Under the pieces are notes generated by a model. It did no database searches, was not told the origin of the DNA, and was given only the letters and a program-made list of their open reading frames with translations. A stretch of 64,000 nt of DNA from contig NIVC01001698.1 of assembly GCA_002269645.1 (NCBI GenBank), positions 62,001-126,000 of the forward strand, given 5' to 3'. Made by a program: the position numbers and the translations under genes. Shown here piece after piece: positions 61,201 to 64,000 of the stretch; the stretch's first letter is position 1; each line of letters starts with the position of its first letter. The DNA comes from Macrostomum lignano (lineage: Eukaryota).

Positions 61201-63352
61201 TGCATGCCTGGGGACAAGCAGGCCTTCTACCTGAACATCCAGCCGATCAGCGGCCTGCTCAAGCGCTACCGGCGCGGCTCCCGGGGCAACCTGGCGAGCA
61301 CGCTGATGGAGCTGCTGGACGCTTACTACGAGATCGAGCGCCACTTCCAAAGCGGCCACATCGACAAGTGCATCGCCGAGCTGCTGGAGCAGTTCAAGAA
61401 GAGCCGCGCCACCGTGGCCAACTACGTGTTCTCGCACAGCCGGGTGGCCTTCAAGAACCGCCTGATCGTCTGCCTGCTGGAGAAATTCGTGCAGTCCGAC
61501 AAGACTCTGCTGGACGATCTCAGGGAGGCGCTGATCCGCCTGACCACCCTGCGCCGCGCCGACAACGCCAGCGTGGTGCTCAAAGCCCGCCAGCTGCTCA
61601 TCTACTCGCAGACGCCCGCCTACGAGCTGCGGCACAATCAGGTGGAGAGCTTCTTCCTGTCCTACATCTCCTCCGGCAACTCCAGCTACCTGGAGCAGCT
61701 CATCCAGGCCGAGACGTCGATCTTCGACCTCATCCCGGACTTCTTCTTTCATCACGACCCGCTGGTCCGCATCGCCGCCTGCGAGGTGTACATCCGGCGG
61801 GCCTACATTGCCTACGACCTGACCTGCGTGCAGCACTCCGTGCTGAGGTCCTGCAACAAGTTCGTGCTGGACTTTCGCTTCCTGCTGCCCTCGTCGCATC
61901 CCAATAGGTGAGCCTATGCTACTGGAGCAGTCTGGAAGCAAGCTATATTTACATGCTTTGCTACTTATACTAGGCATTAGTAGTGCTTAAGGAGTATAAA
62001 CAAAGTGGGTAAAAACTATTATTTTTCAGATTGAGTTGCCTGTCCGCTCAAGTGTACGTAAAATTGTTCTGTTGGTAACTCTTATTCATAGGAGTATTTG
62101 AGGTTGCCGTTTGGAAATAATAAGCGGTTGCTGCTCAACCCACTATGTAGTTCATGCCGCAGTAATGTGTTATTCGGTAATCTTTTCATCTGGCTAACAG
62201 TTTGCTTCTAAAGGCAGGCCAAAGAACTTGTTATTCCATTCTTGTCACACTACTTATTAATTAAGTAGTTCTGCGTATTTTAAGCTTGCATCCGATACTT
62301 GACTTATAATAAAATAGTTTTGATAGAAAAGGAATCTGAGATAGTAGGGCGGGGAGTGAAATGAGAGGAGCAGAGGATGAGAGATAAGATTATTAATAAA
62401 GGGCGAGATGTTCGCGAGGGAAGGGTGAGACGGGACACGTGAGGGAAGGGTGAGACGGGACACGTGAGGGAAGGGTGAGACGGACACGTGAGGGAATGGT
62501 GAGACGGACACGTGAGGGAATGGTGAGACGGACACGTGAGGGAATGGTGAGACGGACACGTGAGGGAAGGGTGAGACGGACACGCGAGGGAAGGGTGAGA
62601 CGGACACGTGAGGGAATGGTGAGACGGACACGTGAGGGAAGGGTGAGACGGACACGTGAGGGAAGGGTGAGACGGACACGCGAGGGAAGGGTGAGACGGG
62701 ACACGCAAGGGAAGGGTGAGACGCAGGAGAGGGTGAGACAGAAAGAAAATGAGGATAAAGGAGTGACCGGAATGCTGTCTAAATCTATAACTCAACTAAT
62801 GCCTTTGAACTTTAATACTTGTTGCTAAAATGCTAGTGAGCTACTGTAAGTAGAGCAATCAGCACACAAACCTTTCCCGCCATTCCCGCCAGGCACAAGA
62901 CGCCAACCAAGCGGTTCTCCATCGCTTCCATCGAGCAGCCCGTCAACGACAGCTACGAGTCGCTCACCGACTCTCAGGAGGTGCCGAATGGCGCCGAGTC
63001 CGCCTTCGTCCAGGCCGGAACTGCAGTGGCCACCGGCCACAAGCGCTCGCCGTCCACGGGCTCCCGGCACCAGGCCGATGGCGGCCACATGAAACGAATC
63101 GGCTCGGCCACTAGCCTGCAGGCCTACTCAACCACCAGCTCCTACGGGGAGAACCTGGCCCTGTTGGATGTGTGCCTGTTCCCGCCGCCCTGCCAGCGGA
63201 TGGGCGCGATGACCGCCTTCGCCTCGCTGCAGGAGTTCGAGAGCAGCTTTGACGAAGTGCTGGACAGGTTCAAGATCAGCCCGCCGCAGAGTCCGTATCC
63301 GGGAGCGCAGGAGAGCGCCCCTATTGCTTTCCAGGGCCCGCCCTACGAGACT
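52865..63352 (+). CDS. ACC: Acetyl-CoA carboxylase, 3'-partial (BC, BT/BCCP and central domains; CT domain beyond the window)
   Basis: Exons 52865-53097, 54428-55208, 56076-56459, 57479-58120, 58431-58748, 60282-60581, 60994-61907 and 62893-63352 are phase-consistent. Motifs: [67 protein letters not shown], biotinyl EIEVMKM, QRMGAM. Confidence 0.97.
53285..53560 (-). mobile_element. tRNA-derived CORE-like SINE in ACC intron 1
   Basis: The sense head GCCTATAGTGGTTAGAGCGTCGG...GGTTCGATTCCC is followed by GTGTCCTTGGGCAAGGCACTTAGCTC...CTGTAAAATGG, resembling the MIR CORE. The 3' boundary is uncertain. Confidence 0.65.
53893..54320. repeat. Minisatellite, 22-bp unit GATCGGCTGTAGGAGAGGCAGG
   Basis: Tandem copies in ACC intron 1. 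Confidence 0.93.
55128..55751. repeat. 312-bp x2 tandem duplication spanning the ACC exon 2 donor, merging into a 21-bp minisatellite that extends to ~56010
   Basis: 55128-55439 equals 55440-55751. Confidence 0.95.
58140..58395. repeat. (TCTG)n microsatellite
   Basis: Fills ACC intron 4. Confidence 0.97.
59403..60188. repeat. Minisatellite, 31-bp unit GATCACTAAGAGACCGGAAGCAGTGGTGGCA
   Basis: About 25 copies in ACC intron 5. Confidence 0.95.
60589..60815. repeat. Minisatellite, 20-bp unit TTAATACCCGATAGAGCCGC
   Basis: Starts directly at the ACC exon 6 donor. Confidence 0.92.
62410..62725. repeat. Minisatellite, 24-bp unit GAGGGAAGGGTGAGACGGACACGT
   Basis: Tandem copies in ACC intron 7. Confidence 0.92.
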
Positions 63353-63368
63353 GTGAGTGCAGCTTGCC

Positions 63369-64000
63369 AGGGGAATTATCCGGGACAGGAACTTTGCACT
63401 TTGCTGGGTTGGGAATTATCAGGGACAGGGAACTTTGCACTTTGCTGGGTGGGGAATTATCCGGGACAGGAACTTTGCACTTTGCTGGATGGGGAATTAT
63501 CAGGGACAGGAACTTTGCACTTTGCTGGGTGGGGAATTATCCGGGACAGGAACTTTGCACTTTGCTGGGTGGGGAATTATCAGGGACAGGAACTTTGATA
63601 GATGGGGAATTATCCGGGACAGGGAACTTTGATAGATGGGGAATTATCCGGGACAGGGAACTTTGATAGATGGGGAATTATCCGGGACAGGGAATTCTCT
63701 GCTGGTGGGGAATTATCAGGGACAGGAAACTTTACTTAGTGGGGAATTATCCGGGACAGGGAATTCTCTGCTGGGTAGGGAGTTATCAGGGACAGGAGAC
63801 TCTCTGCTAGGTGGGGAATTATCCGGGACAGTGAATTCTCTGCTGGGTGGGGAATTATCAGGGACAGGGAATTTTGCTAGGTGGAGAATTATCCGGGACA
63901 GGGAATTCTCTGTTGGGTGGAGAATTATCTGGGACAGGGAACTTTGCTAGGTGGGGAATTATCCAGGACAGGGAATTCTCTGCTGGGTAGGGAATTATCA
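63369..64000. repeat. Minisatellite, ~42-bp unit GGGGAATTATCCGGGACAGGAACTTTG...
   Basis: Tandem, progressively diverging copies running off the window in ACC intron 8. Confidence 0.9.

Overview
Animal (eukaryotic) genomic DNA with GC-rich exons and GT-AG introns that are mostly filled by locally unique minisatellites. This style suggests a flatworm such as Macrostomum, which is inference only. Left to right: (1) the 3' three exons of a neuromedin-U/pyrokinin-type class A GPCR (+); (2) a complete 19-exon TRPM channel gene of about 1430 aa (-); (3) a full-length, TSD-flanked LOA/R1-like non-LTR retrotransposon (APE-RT-RNase H) inserted into a decayed BEL/Pao element; (4) two tandem caveolin genes; (5) a GULO/ALO-family FAD oxidase with degenerate catalytic motifs; (6) an uncharacterised beta-propeller-like gene; (7) the first 8 coding exons of acetyl-CoA carboxylase, which runs off the window. 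Also present are a tRNA-derived SINE family (2 copies), a CORE-like SINE, a 430-bp-arm foldback element (2 copies) and MITEs with 9-bp and 8-bp TSDs. The most notable observations: (a) the SINE and the LINE share colinear 3' ends with a covarying stem-loop, suggesting a LINE-SINE partnership; (b) three independent tandem duplications overlap splice sites or coding exons (TRPM terminal exon, TRPM exon 6 acceptor x5, ACC exon 2 donor x2); (c) all five LINE frameshifts can be explained as single-C losses in C runs, so the element may really be intact; (d) the oxidase looks like a possible pseudo-enzyme. All exon models were derived by eye from frame and splice-phase consistency; no database search was run.
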